From Mobula hypostoma (Eukaryota): 64,000 bases of DNA. The notes under the pieces are model-generated. The model was given only the letters and a program-made list of their open reading frames with translations, made no database searches and had not been told where the DNA came from. Position 1 is the stretch's first letter, and each line of letters opens with the position of its first letter. The DNA lies in NCBI RefSeq assembly GCF_963921235.1, contig NC_086108.1, forward strand, positions 56,484,001 through 56,548,000. The letters are read 5' to 3'. Shown here one piece after another: positions 26,401 through 41,327 of this stretch. The position numbers were made by a program, and so were the translations under genes.

Positions 26401-27320
26401 CATCTCTGCACTTTGAAATCTCTCCCCATCTAAGTAACAGCCTGCCCATTTATTTCTTCCATCAAAGTGCATGACCATACTTTCCAACATTGTATTTCAT
26501 TTGCCACTTCTTTGCCCATTCCCCTAAACTTTCCAAGTCCTTCTGCTTCCTGAACACTACCCGCTCCTCCACCTATCTTTGTATCAACGGCAAATTTAGC
26601 CACAAATCCATTAATCCCATCATCCAAATCATTGACATACAACGTAAAAAGCAGTGGTCCCAACACCGACCCATGGAATTCCACTGGTAACCGGCAGCCA
26701 GCCAGAATAGGATCCCTTTATTCCCACTGTTTTCTGCCAATAGCCAATGCTCCACCCATGCTAGTAACTTCCCTGTAATTCCATGGGCTCTTACCTTGCT
26801 AAGCAGCCTCATGTGTGGCACCTTGTCAAAGGCCTTCTGAAAATCAAAGTGTAGCACATCTACTACATCTTCTTTGTCTACCCTACTTGTAATTTCTTCA
26901 AAAAAATTGCAGTACGTTAGTCAGACAGGATTTTCCTTGGAGGAAACCATGCTGGCTTTGGCCTATCTTGTCACGTGCCTCCAGATATTCTACAATCTCA
27001 TTCCTAGTAATCGATTCAAACAACTTCCCAACTACTGATGTCAGGCTAACAAGTCTACAGTTTCCTTTCTCTGCCTCCCACCCTTCTTAAAATAGTGGAG
27101 TAACATTTGCAATTTTCCAGTCACCCAATACAATGCCAGAATCTATTCTTAAAAGATCATTGTTAATCACTCTGCAATATCTCCAGCTACTTCCTTCAGA
27201 ACCCGAGGTTGCATTCCATCAGGTCCAAGAGATTTATCCATCCTCAGACCATTAAGCTTCCTGAGCACCTTCTCAGTCTTAATTTTCACTGTACATACCT
27301 CGCTTCCCTGCCACTCTTGA
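23470..27320 (-). mobile_element. Two adjacent decayed CR1 LINEs
   Basis: [27 protein letters not shown] and QRDLGV motifs; 3' tail of the second element near 25720. Confidence 0.9.
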
Positions 27321-27789
27321 ATGTTGCAAAATTATTTAAGCCTGTACCATGGAAAATTAATTAGAGCAATACTTTCCCATCATCTGTTCTTAAAGTTGAA
27401 GTTAAAATCAAACACAATGTTTGATCTATCCAGAATCTCCAACAACCCAAAAAATATCCTTTTCCCCTCAACTGGCAACCACTTTGTAATTCTGCCCATT
27501 TCAATTATTTAAAATATATACTACTTAAGGGAAATTGAAAGAGTTTGAATGACACAAAGCATTTTATTCAGAACCACACACCTGCCTCTCACACTCAAGA
27601 ATATTTGGCATTGACAGCAGTCAACCATGGTTGTTCTAAAAATAAGAAAGACATTTCACTAATGTAAATAATATAGTTGCTGTTTTTAAACTGCAGTCTA
27701 AAAGTTAAAGGGTTTCAGAGGACAATGCACTTTCTTGGTAAATCATATGCTCAATTATTAGAAATTAACTGTAAACTTCAGAATTTGAG

Positions 27790-30050
27790 GTGTAAAAATA
27801 CAATTTTAGATGCCTTATAGGATGTTTTACCTCATTAGCAAAAGGCACAAGTATAAAAGCAGGGAGATTATGCTAGAATTACACACTTTACTTGCTGGGC
27901 CACAGCCAAAGTACTGTGTACAATTCTGGTTATACTACAGAAAGTGATTGCATTAAAAGGGTTGTCTATTTTGGAAGATAGGTGGCCAAGGAGAGACTTA
28001 ACAAATGTATAAAATGTGATGAGAGGGCTAGATTAAAAAGGAAGGACCCATCACTCTAGTCGAGGAATCTAAAGCCAGGAGTTGTGGAATTAAGGTAATT
28101 TGAAGTTTTAGCAAGGAAGTGAAGAAAATTTGTTCTACACAGTGGGTAGAAGAGTCTAAAGAGGCAGAAACTAATCAAATCAAAAGTAGTACATGAACAT
28201 GCAGGACCAAATGTGGAAAATCCAGAATTAGTTCTCAACCAGCATGGTTAAAAGGGACTAATTAGAAAGATGTATAATCTTTGTGCGTAGAGTTAAGAAA
28301 CAGCAAGAGTGAAAAAAAACACACCCAGATGAGAGTTATATACAGGCTTCTGAACAGTAGCCAGGATGTGGGATACAAATTAGGAGAGATAGAAAAGGCA
28401 TGTAAAAAGAGCGATATTATAATGGTGATGGGAGATTTCGATATGCAGGGAGATTGGGAAAATCAGGTTGGTGCTGGATCCCTGCGAAGAAATTAGTAGA
28501 ATGTTTTTGAGGTAACTTTTTTTTAAGAGCAGCTTCTAGTTGAGCCCACTAGGGAAAAGGCAATTCTGGACGGGGTGTTACATAATGAAACAAATTTGAT
28601 TAGGGAGCTTAAGGTAAAGGATCCCTTAGGAGACAAAGAAACTAATACAATTGATTCCACGTTGCAATTTGAGAGGGAGAAGTTAAAATCTGATGCATCA
28701 GTATTATAGTGGAGTAAAGGGAATGAGAGAGATATGAGAGAAGAGCTGCCAAAGATGATTGGAAAGACACTAGCAGGTATGACAGCAGAGCAGCAATAGT
28801 TGGAGTTTCTGGGAGAAATTCTGAAGGTACAGGATAGATTCATTCTAAAGAAGTATTGTAAAGTGTGAATGGGGCAACAAGGAAAATCCAAGACAGCATA
28901 AAAGCGAAAAAAAAGGGCATATAATATTGCAAAAAATTAAAGAGAAGCTATAGGATTGGGAAGTTTCTAAAAACCAATAAAAGGCTACTAAAAAGCCATA
29001 AGGAAAGAAAAGGTGAAATATGAAGGTAAGCCAGCCAATAACAGAGAGAGAATACCAAAAGTTTTTCAGATATTAAACGAAAGGCAAAAATGGACATCAG
29101 ACCACTGGAGAGGTAACATTAGGAGATGAAAAGGTGGACAAACTTGAAAGGTATTTTGCATCAGACTTCACTGTGGAAGACATAAGGGCATGTCAGAATT
29201 TGGAGTGTCAGCAGGCAGAAGGGAGTGTAGTTGCTATTACTAGGGTGAAAGCGCTTGGGAAACTGACAGGTCTGAAAGTAGATAACTGGACCAAATGGAC
29301 TACAGGGTTCTGAAAGAGGTAGCTGAAAGGATTGTAGAGACATTAGTAGTGATCTTTCAAGAATCACTAGATTCTGGAATAGTTCTGGAGAGTAAAAAAT
29401 TGCAAATGTCACTCCACTTTTTAAATAAGGAAAGGAGGCAAAAGACAGGAAATTATAAGCCAGTTAGCCAGACTTTAGTGGTTAGAAAGATGTTGGAATC
29501 CATTATTAAAGGGCAAGGTTTCAGAAATTTCCTTAAAGGGATATCCTACTTGACATATCTGTTGGAACTCTGAGGAAATAACAGGCAGGATAGACAAAGG
29601 AGAGTCAATGGATGTTGTTTACTTGGATTTTCAGAAGGCCTTTGACAAGGTGCCACACGAGGCTGCCTAACAAGGTAAGAGCCCACGATATTACAGGAAA
29701 GATAGTAGCATGAATAGAAGATTGGTAGACTGGCAGGAGGGAAGAGTGGGAATAAAGGAGGACTTTTCATGTTGGCTGCTGGTGACTAGAAGTGATCAAC
29801 AGGGGTCAGTGTTGGGGCTACTTCTTTTCAAATTACATGTCAATAATCTGGATGATGGTAGTAATGGCTTTGTGACAATATAAAGATAGGTGGAGGGGCA
29901 ACCAGTGTTGAGGAAGCAGGGAGTCTGCAGAAGTACCTGGAGAGTTCAGACAAGGCAAAGAAGAGGCAGACAGAACACAGTGTAGGAAAGTACACAGTCA
30001 TGCACTTTGGTTGAGGGAATAAAGGTATAGACTATTTTCTAAATGCAGAG
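27790..30050 (+). mobile_element. Decayed CR1 LINE fragments
   Basis: MGDFDM, RVLKEVA, GNYKPVS and [11 protein letters not shown] motifs. Confidence 0.85.
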
Positions 30051-30089
30051 CATGTAGTAAAACTTACCAGGAAATAAGATGAACATAAA

Positions 30090-32400
30090 ACATACATAAC
30101 AGAACACAGAATAGTACAGCACAGTACAGGCCCTTCAGCCCACAATGTTGTGCCGACCTTTAAACCCTGCCTCCCATATAAACCCCCCCCCACCTTAAAT
30201 TCCTCCATATACCTGTCTAGTAGTCTCTTAAATTTCACTAGTGCATCTGCCTCCACCACTGACTCAGGCAGTGCATTCCACGCACCAACCACTCTCTGAG
30301 TATAAAACCTTCCTCTAATATCCCCCTTGAACTTCCCACCCCTTACCTTAAAGCCATGTCCTCTTGTATTGAGCAGTGGTGCCCTGGGGAAGAGGCACTG
30401 GCTGTCCACTCTATCTATTCCTCTTAATATCTTGTACACCTCTATCATGTCTCCTCTCATCCTCCTCCTCTCCAAAGAGTAAACCCTTAGCTCCCTTAAT
30501 CTCTGATCATAATGCATACTCTCTAAACCAGGCAGCATCCAGGTAAATCTCCTCTGTACCCTTTCCAATGCTTCCACATCCTTCCTATAGTAAGGCGACC
30601 AGAACTGGACACAGTACTCCAAGTGTGGCCTAAACAGAGTTTTACAGAGCTGCATCATTACATCGTGACTCTTAAACTCTATCCCTCGACTTATGAAAGC
30701 TAACACCCCATAAGCTTTCTTAACTACCCTATCTACCTGTGAGGCAACTTTCAGGGATCTGTGGACATGTACCCCCAGATCCTTCTGCTCCTCCACACTA
30801 CCAAGTATCCTGCCATTTACTCTGCCTTGGAGTTTGTCCTTCCAACGTGTACCACCTCATACTTCTCTGGGTTGAACTCCATCTGCCACTTCTCAGCCCA
30901 CCTCTGCATCCTATCGATGTCTCTCTGCAATCTTTGAAAATCCTCTACACTATTCACATCACCAACATTTGCCAGGTCCTTAGTAAAAATCACGAAAAGT
31001 AGAGGTCCCAGAACCAATCCATGTGTGACACCACTAATCACAACACTCCAATCCGAATGTACTCCCTCCACCACGACCCTCTGCCCTCTGCAGGCAAGCC
31101 AATTCTGAATCCACCTGGCCAAACTTCCCCGGATCCCATGCCTTCTGACTTTCTGAATAAGCCTACCATGTGGAACCTTATCAAATGCCTTTGTAAAATC
31201 CATGTAGATTACATCCACTGCACTACTCTCATCTATATGCCTGATCACCTCCTCAAAGAACTCTATCAGGCTTGTTAGACACAACCTGCCCTTCACAAAG
31301 TGACTCTCCCTGATCAGACCATGATTCTCTAAATGCCCATAGATCCCATCTCTAAGAATCTTTTCCAACAGCTTTCCCACCACAGACGTAAGGTTCACTG
31401 ATCTATAATTACCTGGACTATCCCTACCACCTTTTTTGAACAAGGGGACAACATTCGCCTCCCTCCAATCCTCTGGTACCATTCTCATGGACAATGAGGA
31501 CATAAAAATCCTAGCCAGAGGCTCATCAATCTCTTCCCTCCCTTTGTGGAGCAGCCTGGGTAATATTCCGTCAGGCTCCTGGGACTTATCCGTCCTAATG
31601 TATTTTAACAACTCCAACACCTCCCCTCCTTTAATATCAACATGCTCCAGAACATCAACCTCACTCATATTGTCCTCACCGTCATCAAGTTCCCTTTCAT
31701 TAGTGAATACTGGAGAGAAGAATTCACTGAGGACCTCGCTCACTTCCACAGCCTTCCGGCATATCTTCCCACCTTTATCTCTAATCGGTCCTACCTATAC
31801 TCCTGTCATCCTTTTGTTCTTCACATAATTGAAGAATGTCTTGGAGGTTTCCTTTACCCTACTCGCCAAAGCCTTCTCATGCCCCCTTCTTGCTCTCCTC
31901 TGCCCCTTCTTAAGCTCCTGTCTTGCTGCTCTATATTCCTCAATAGACCCATCTGACCCTTGCTTCCTAAACCTCATGTATGCTGCCTTCTTCCACCTGA
32001 CTAGATTTTCCACCTCACTTGTCACCCATGGTTCCTTCACCCTATCGTTCTTTATCTTCCTCACTGAGACAAATTTATTCCCAAACATCGACCACGTGTC
32101 CATAGTACATTTCCCTGCAAAAACATCATCCCAATTCACACCCGCAAGTTCTAGCCTTATAGCCTCAATTTGCCCTTCCTCAATTAAAATTTTTTCTGTC
32201 CTCTCTGATTCTATCATTTTCCATGATAATGTTAAAGGCCAGAGAGCGGAAGTCACTGTCCCCCAGATGCTCACCCACTGAGTGATCTGTGACCTGACCA
32301 GGTTTGCTACATAATACTAGATCTAGTATGGCATTCCCCCTAGTCAGCCTGTCAACATACTGTGACAGGAATCTGTCTTGAACACACTTAACAACCTTTC
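30090..32400 (-). mobile_element. Relatively well-preserved 5'-truncated CR1 LINE
   Basis: Long RT ORFs 30817-31749 and 30032-30796 (DFTKAFDKVPH, RPHLEYCVQFWSP, TRGHGFK) and a tgttctat-type 3' tail. Confidence 0.92.
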
Positions 32401-34189
32401 CAAAATTACTGAAACCTATCAATGCAAGATTTATAAAATATTGCATTTATGTTTCATATGACCTCTACCTGTAAGATGTACCTTGAAGAGAATACAGAAT
32501 TATAATAGACTTACACTGAAGTTAAAACAGTCAGAGCCAGCAGTGTTTGCATTTGTTACAAAATATATTTGTAAACCAAACTTCCCTCAATGAAAATGTG
32601 TACAATGGAATAATTAAAAACAAAGTAGAACAGTTGGCGTTATACATTATTGGGAATTGCATAAGCAATACCTAGAAGCTTCATTTTCTTCAGTTTTGGT
32701 AGTATATACATTTGTAAAATCTAGATTTTAATGCATCTACATTACAATGGGTTAAATACACAAATTTTCATTTAAAAATATTCATAAATTCACCTCTAAT
32801 TCAGTATCTAGGCACTTCAGTGTTTACATACATTGAACAATACTTATTTACTGACCACAAACACCAGCATACAAATTGTTTTCAGTATTAAACGCATTTT
32901 GGAAACCAGCCATTAAACACCTTGGTGGACCAAAGCAAAATTATAAGGGAACACTTCACTGAAATGTTAGCCAATTAGACTTGGTGCTGAACAAAAACAA
33001 AATGCTGCCACAATTTAATAGGAGTCACTGATTCTGAGTAGTGCAGATCTTTATGTCCATAGGACCAATTTAACCTGTAAATGTGCATGAATTTCAATTC
33101 ATCTTGTTGTATTCACAAAATCAAGATCGACAAATGTCACTTGATAAACTATTTTCAGAACATGCATCTTAGAAAATAAAAATTAGGAAATTCTCATTAA
33201 ATATTGCACATTAGGAATTACAGAGTTTACTGAAATCATGCTAACATTTTTCTCAAAAGCTTTATATTCCATAGGCTTTATATTCATGTTTTATGAAGTT
33301 GTCACAAATACACAGATCTTCAAGAAATTTGCCTGGAGTAGAGAATAATTAATCACTGAGGGACATCTTGATTTGGAACAAGGAATTTTAAATTTGAAAC
33401 ATCAATTTAATTTCCTGACAAGTTAGAATTCAATGGATCAAGAGACAGAATGAGTTTCACCAGGTCTATCAGTATTTCTCACACGAGTCAACATTTTCTA
33501 ATGAGATTTAAAATTCTTTAGCAGATTCTGTTAAAAGCACTAAAATATTTAAATGGCTTCATGTTAAAGATGCTACAATTTAAAGTACACTTAGAATTAA
33601 AATTTAATGTTTTAACACAACCAAATCAAATTATATCCTTTGATTGATTTCTCCAATGTCCATCAACTACATTGCAGAAAAAAGGCAGTTCAAAAGACCA
33701 TTAAGCACATTTTGAAAAGAAATACAATTCTCCACTAAACCATCCAGGTGATGGCTTTATGCTTGGTAGAACTGCATTAGTACACAGTTCTTTACAAAGA
33801 TATTTCTGGGCATTTTATGAGATTTGCAAATGACGTGTTAAAATGAGAGATTTGTCTTAACATTGTTGTTTCCCCAAAGTAATTGTCTATTATTTGAAAC
33901 TAGAAAACAATCGTTCCTTCTCAAAATCATAAATTTATAACTAACTCACACTTTCCTACAACAATCTTGTTTCTATCAGAATCAAAGTTTAGCTTAATTA
34001 AAAATACAGCTTCCATTTTATTCAAGCAGTCTGTTAATAGATCAAATTTGGAAGTTGCAATGCAGGAGGCAGCTGACTTGTACCAATGCTCCAAGAAGAC
34101 ACCCTCAGCTTCTCAATCCAGGAGTAAAAAAGTTAAACAGATGTTGAAAACAATAGGCACGCAACTTCCTTTGCTTAGAAGTACAAGTT

Positions 34190-35108
34190 AGGTATCCCTT
34201 CTCTGAAATGCTTGGGGCCAAAAGTGTTTCCAATTTCAGACATTTTTGGAGTTTGGAATATAATTATATATAAAACTTGCGATCACCATCATTTCTGACT
34301 GAATTTATACGCCACCGGTAAGCAGTCTTTGTCTTACACTTGCTCATTACACATCTATACTTAACAGTAAAAATTACTACAAACTACTAACATAATGAAA
34401 ATATAATGTGTGCAGGGTAACAAACGCAGCACAGCAGCTTCAGGAGAATAGCTGAATCAGCTGTTGAACAACAAACAACAGGCTTTCAGTCTTCACCTAT
34501 AATGTCGTGTTTAGATTAAAAGGTTACAGTACACTATTTGTGTTTTAACCTTTCTAAAGTTTTATGTAAGGTATAAAAACAATCAGCATTGGAGATTTGT
34601 TCTGGTGTTGGATTTTCATCAGTGATGATCTTCGCAACTTATCAATAAATTTCTCTGCTGCTTCATGATCAGGAGACACTATTTTAAGATTTCTTTTAAA
34701 TCTTCAAAAATTTAATGTCACGCCTCTTCTTAAATTTCTGCAACTAGCCAGCTGAATATTCACAATTACCTTCAATTTTCAGTTCGTCATGATAGATCTT
34801 TGCTTGTTTCGTGATCAGCATACTGTTGAATGACATACGTTCACTGACAAATCCATTCTTTCAATACATGATTCATTTCTTCATTTTCACTTTATGCAGC
34901 ATTTTTCTATTTTTCATTAATTTCTGTTCATTACATATGTGAGAATACTTCTCAGAACTGTATAATGCACAGAGATTTATGCATTGCCTGGGAACCTTCC
35001 TAGCGCCTTGTGGAATTTTCCATCTGTGATGTCATGTCAGCGCTCAAAAAAAATTCGGATTTTGGAGGCTTTTGGATTTTGGAATTTTGGATAAGGGTAC
35101 TCAACCAG
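34190..35108 (-). mobile_element. Tigger-like (MER44/Tigger7-type) remnant downstream of, or within, the SLC35D1 3' UTR
   Basis: Termini with ...tatccctt / ataagggtactcaacc and tttgga repeats; CENP-B HTH remnant QAKIYHDELKIEGNCEYSAG.LQKFKKR on the minus strand. Confidence 0.7.
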
Positions 35109-35474
35109 TGTTACTAAAATTGGTAGTTTTACAGTTTCATCATCATGTGCTGAGTTGAATAAAGTGGGCGATTATGGTCTTTGACCTTAATTGTTCTTGG
35201 CAAATTTTTCTACAGAAATAATTTGCCATTGCCTTCTTCTGGGCAGTGTCTTTACAATTTGGGTGACCCCAGCCAGTATCAATAAACTTCAGAGATTGTA
35301 TGACTGGCGTCAGTGGTCATCAAACCAGAACTTGTGATATGCACATACAACCCACTCCCATGACTTCACATGACCTTGATGATGACCTGCAGGCTAGCGG
35401 AGGAAAGGAGCGCCTTACACCTCCTTTGGTAGAGACACATCTCCACCCCGCCACCAATGGTTTATAGTTTAGAT

Positions 35475-35554
35475 TAGGGGCTCGCAACTTTTATTATGCC
35501 ATGGACCAATACCATTAAACAAGGGGCTCATGGACTCCAAGTTGGGAACCCCTG
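35475..35554. mobile_element. 80-bp hAT-Charlie MITE
   Basis: Termini taggggctcgcaac / gttgggaacccctg; 8-bp TSD gtttagat / gtttagac. Confidence 0.75.
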
Positions 35555-35876
35555 GTTTAGACAGAGAATTTATTTAAAGTGATTTTAGGCATAATATTTT
35601 CCATCTCCAAGACCACTAGGCTATTGTACAGTTAGGTACAAACAATAAATACTTTAAAACAAATGAATTAAGATCCTCAAATAGAGACATCTATTTGGAG
35701 CTTTGGACTTGGGGAATTTGTAATGTCATAAGCTACCGTGGTTAAGTAGGCCATTTAATACTAGTTTTTCAATTGGTCCTTCAACATTGTAATAAAACTG
35801 AAAACACGGATAACTACAGATAAAAGTAAATCTAAAATTAAAATGAATAAAAAGTTAATCTGTTAAGATGCTCATC

Positions 35877-35985
35877 TCATACAGCAATTTTTTCCTTGGA
35901 TTCAGTGTTGCTGCTGTTTCCTGATGTCCTGGTTACCTGCTCCTCCGTGAATGTAATATAAGAATACACCAAACTCCCCGCAATG
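35877..35985 (-). CDS. SLC35D1: SLC35D1 final coding exon (UDP-GlcA/UDP-GalNAc transporter)
   Basis: ttttgacag|C ATT GCG gives (S)IAGSLVYSYITFTEEQVTRTSGNSSNTESKEKIAV*, matching the SLC35D1 C-terminus; phase agrees with the previous exon. Confidence 0.95.
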
Positions 35986-36799
35986 CTGTCAAAACAAAAG
36001 GCATTTGAAAGGATGACATCTCAATGTATTAATGATGCCAAGTTTAATTAGCAAAATTACAGAACCTGGCAGGCCAAAGAGATCGCTTGAAGATGAACTG
36101 AATACTAGGACCTCAAAGGAACTCTATCCTATTAAACTGAGTGTTATACAATGCATCTGTTACATCTTTTTCTTAAAGAAAACTGTGCCATAGTAAGTCC
36201 TTCCAATAGTCTGCAAACTTCCTCCTAATGACCCAACATGAGGAGAGTCAAGAGAATATATGCACAATACTAATCTATGAAAATGATAAATCTGATAAAT
36301 GCATTCTTATTTGCCCAGATTTCATTGCAACTAATGACTATTTAAACTTTGGAAACTAAAATGGTATCCAGTTACAACTGATTTGCACTTGACTAAACAT
36401 CTTGTCATCTGACTCAAGCCCCAATGCAAGACACAAGCACAAGACAATCTTCAAATCAATCATGTGGAAGAGGATTTTAAATCAAGGGTTCTTGAGCATA
36501 TTCCTTAATTACCACTGGTTAAAATATATTATCCAGTAATTTGTCTCATTCCCCTCATGGACACCTTGCAGGACACAAAATGGCTAGCACATTTACCCAG
36601 ATAATTACTATCAGTGTATGTTAAAAATATAGCAATTTGTCATCCAGTACTTGGGAATATTCAACAAGATGAGAATGTAGCCCATTGAAGTATTAAAAAA
36701 ATTTAGGTTTTCCAAACTATGACAGCAGAAATACTTTATCAAATGCTATGATTCCCAAACTTCAGAGGAAAGTGATTAAAATACCAACTCATCACTAAC

Positions 36800-36882
36800 C
36801 TGATATTTAATCCAATGAAGTTAGTCCACGTGAATATATAATCTCCACCAAGAAACATTCCAATGTAAGTCACCAAAATATT
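36800..36882 (-). CDS. SLC35D1: SLC35D1 penultimate coding exon (83 nt)
   Basis: ag|[27 protein letters not shown](S)|gttagt. Confidence 0.95.
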
Positions 36883-38419
36883 CTGATGGAAAATATTTAA
36901 AAAAAAGCTTTTTAGAATGCTAAAACGCACGCTGTGTATAAACTTGAGGAAAGTAGATCAAGCAAGCCACTGGACATGCTTGAAACAAGATGGCAATACA
37001 AAGAATGAATGATCAAAATGCTTTTAAATTCAAACAGAGGAAGATTTCTAATACAGCTTAAGTATGCATTTTGAAAGACAATGCACTTCATGTTTGTTTA
37101 TCAAAGTGGAAGCTAGGTGCTGATTCCATTTTTAGCAAGTTATTTTTGCGAACATTAAATATTGCCAAAATGAAACTCTCATCTTCAACTTTATTTCTTC
37201 TCTATTCTCTGGCTGCTTTACGGAGGCAGTGAGAAGTACAGAGTGTAGACAGTAGTCAGGAAGTTCCATTAAATATTACAAAGTTGATGCTTCAAATGGT
37301 ATCATTTTTGGGCTGTTCTTCCTATGCTTGGAAATTTCCTCAAACCTATAGTGAATTCACTGTTGCATTCATCTTTCAGCTGGCTTCCAAATATCAACAA
37401 GAGAAGGACATTTGGCCCTTTAAGGCTGCTGCATCACTCAGTGCAATCATACCTGATCCCCTTCCTCCCCAGCTTATGCCTGGTTACTTTCCAAATATCC
37501 CTCAATGTCTTTGCAAAGGTTTTGATCATTTTATAGGGAAGACTTTACATAGAAAGGAGAAGACATAACTTAAATAAGACAGGAAAGCAATCATATCAGG
37601 ACATTTGCTAAACACTAAAAGGTATACAGAAGGTCAATTAACAAATTAGTGCAAATTTCGGTAGCTCAATACACTGAAGAACTGTTGGTGAATCAAATGG
37701 CATCTGAGGGAAGATAGTTCTTTGACATCTTAATTCTGAACCTTTGGATCCACACACAGACAAGGCTGTACCTGATTGGTCTTTAACCAAAAACTGATAT
37801 TGATTACACACACCTCAAAGTTCCCATTATTCTATGAAGATTTTTAAACAAAATATGAAGTGTTTGGGACAGGGTAAGGAACAGCAAAAAATATTTTATA
37901 GATTTTTCAAATGGGAAGAAGCTGCACATGGCAGTATACATCGTGCAAGTCTAAGGAAGATGAGGGTATGATTTTCATCCAAGTCTTTCAATATGGGAAA
38001 AAACTTGTAAGTTATGAAAGACTCTAAATTCTGACTGCAGAGTAACATTCAATATTGATCTGTTGTCAAGTTTAGGGAGAGGACAGCCAGAAGGGAAAAG
38101 GGCACAATTTGCAGTTTTGCTGGCAAAATTAAAATGTTAAGTTTGTTATACTGGATAGAACAGCTTCTAACTAGCTATATTCACACCAGAAAAACTTCCT
38201 TATCTGTCCCTGGTTGTGCATTTTTATTTAGCAAGAAACATTCAAAGTATTGAATGACTTTTGAAGCCTGCTTTTGGGCTTTAATGCAATGGTAATCAGA
38301 ACAGCAGGGTTAGGCAATTTCCTATAAAAGAACACACCTTGTGCGCACAAGTAAAGCCGTTTTGTTTCGTATTTCAGCAGCTCAGGGGCAAGCTCCTAAA
38401 GCCAAAGACCCAGAAATGA

Positions 38420-39620
38420 GGTACCAGAAGACTGAAGAGAGGCTAATGCTTTTGCTTTATTTAAGAACGGTTGGAAGAACAAGCAAGGGAACTGAAGGCT
38501 GGTGAACCTAAAATTCAGTGGTGGGAAAGTTACTGGAGGAGATTTTAAAAGACATGATCTACCAGCATTTGTATACTAACAAGCATGGTTGTGTGCAATG
38601 GAAACCATGTCTCAAATTTGAACGGGTTTCTGTTTTGAAGAGGTGAGAAAGGGAATTCACTATGGCAAGATGGATTTTAACAAGGCCTTAATAAAGTCCC
38701 ACATGGCAGGCTAGACTGGAAATTTAGATCAATTGGATACAAAGGGACTGGTGTTGGATCCACTGTTGCTTAACAATGCTGTTAACAAGGCTAGTAAGTT
38801 TGTGAGTGACACCAAATGGTGGTGTGGTGGACAGTGAAGGTCAACTAAAATTACAACAGGATCTTGATGAACTGGAGAAGTAGGCCAAGTAATGGCAGAT
38901 AACATTTAACTCAGCCAAGTGCAAGGTATTTCATTTTGGCAAGATAAACCAGTGCAAGACATGCAGAGTAAATAGTGGAGCACTGGAGAGAGAGTTATAG
39001 AACAGAGATAACTATGGGACAGTATATTGTTCTCTGAAAAGGTGAAAGTCTGGCACACGGTTTCAGTCAGGATATTGGGAACAGGGATTGTGACGTCACT
39101 TACAAATTATCGCCAAGATCACATGAAATACTGTGCATTCGTGGTTGCTCAGTGGAAAGAATAATATTATTACTCTGGAAAGGATGCAGAAAACATTCAC
39201 AAGAATGTTACTGGGACCAGAGGGCTTGAGCTATAAGGATAGAGTTCTTTCCCCTGGAGTGTAGGAGACTGAGAGACAACCTTATAGGATGCATATAAAA
39301 TTATGAGGACATAAATAAGATGAATGGGCACAGCATTCTTATCAAGATAGGGGAGTCTAACACTAGAGGACATAGGTTTAAAGTGAGTGGAGAAAGATTT
39401 AACAAGGGACTCATGGGGTAACTTTTCCCAAACAGTGGATGGTGGGTATATGGAATGAGCTACCAGAGGAACCCATAGAGCCAGGTATAATTACAATGCT
39501 TAAAAGACATTTAGACTGTTAATATTAAGGTCTAGAGGGATACAAGGTCAAATGCTGATAGGTAGGCAACTTAGCCAACAGTGCGAAATTGAGGCCAAAG
39601 GGAAATGCTTCTGTGCTGTA
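38420..39620 (+). mobile_element. Old, heavily decayed CR1 RT / 3' end
   Basis: Degenerate gattttaacaaggcctt...gtcccacatgg, gacaccaaa and actagaggacataggtttaaag motifs. Confidence 0.75.
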
Positions 39621-40069
39621 TAGTCAATATTAAAATACGCATCAAGTTTGTTCTGGATTAGACTGCAGCATGCAGAAGGTCCCTGGATTATGGAAGACCT
39701 GACCTACAAAAAGCTGATTTATTTTACTTTTAAAAACACACATTCTTCCAGACTCGATTTGCAGGTAAGGTACTTGAAATGTTTCACCAGGAAACAATGC
39801 AGAGATAACCCATACAGAAAAAAAGTGTTCCCTTCTAGTAAACATTGTTAACTGCAAGTCACTTCTTGTTAAAACACAAGCCCTTTTATTGAACTGCTAT
39901 TAGTTCACTTGATGACTAGCAGGTCACTGTCATTCTACCTGGGCTGCATTCAGACAAACAAAAGTCATAGTTGACTTGCTGGTAAGAATTGTAACCATTC
40001 AGATCGGACATTTCCCCATCTATTCTTTGCAAATCAGTACACAGGACTATCAGGCTAAAGACTTCAGAC

Positions 40070-40515
40070 TTCTGGGGCAGCAGGCTGAGGGGAGCAGACA
40101 CCAACAGAATCAACAAACTCATCCGTAAGGCCAGTGATGTTGTGGGGATGGAACTGGACTCTCTCACGGTGGTGTCTGAAAAGAGGATGCTGTCTAAGTT
40201 GCATGCCACCTTGGTCAATGTCTCCCATCCACTACATAATGTACTGGGTGGGCACAGGAGTACATTCAGCCAGAGACTCATTCCACCGAGATGCAGCACA
40301 GAGCGTCATAGGAAGTCATTCCTGCCTGTGGCCATCAAACTTTACAACTCCTCCCTTGGAGGGTCAGACACCCTGAACCAATAGGCTGGTCCTGGACTTA
40401 TTTCATAATTTACATATTACTATTTAACTATTTATGGTTCTATTACTATTATTTATGGTGCAACTGTAACAAAAACCAATTTCCCCCGGGATCAATAAAG
40501 TATGACTATGACTAA
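40070..40515 (+). mobile_element. Rex1-like LINE 3' end
   Basis: SHPLH...RC.TERHRKSFLPVAIKLYN, then ggatcaataaag and a (tatgac)n tail. Confidence 0.8.
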
Positions 40516-41219
40516 ACAATTTCCCCAAAATGATAACTGCCAACCTATGGAAAATTCAAATTACTGACTACTCTTAGGAATTGGAACATCACGTAACCTG
40601 TGGATCCTGTTAGTGGTAAACAGCAATACAATTGATCTAGGTGTAGTTATGAAAGAGAATTCACCAGAACATAAATGCTGGAAGGGAATCTTCGACAATT
40701 ATTCAGGGATTCTCAGCAGTATAAGGATGGGATGGGATTCATCTGTAATTAACCTAAATAAGCCCTGACTTCAAATTATAGCTGGTATTTGAGGGCAGAA
40801 CTAGGGTAGACTGCTTGCCATATACTGCAGTTTTATTTCTCCCATCCTAACCAAAGGAACTGCTCAAAGAGAAGGCCTTCACCACTACAAAGCATTCAAG
40901 CACGTCGAACAGAACTAGCTGAAAATGAAGAAAAATATGCCATTAATAAGCCTCCATGTTTCAAGACTTGGATATCGCATTGGAGTATTGTGAAAGCATA
41001 TACCTGGCTTTCCATTAATGAATGATCACGCATGTCAGAAAGGATTAAATATGCCTCTGCACCTTTTAACAATACTATGGCCAAGCAAAAGTAAATCAAG
41101 TATTACAGAATAACTGACAAGTTGATATCACAGAAAAACAAAACTGAAATCACACTGAATACAAAATATGACCTTTGAAAGACAAACGAAAGGGCATGCC
41201 AAATATTAAAGAAATCTTA

Positions 41220-41327
<108 letters not shown>

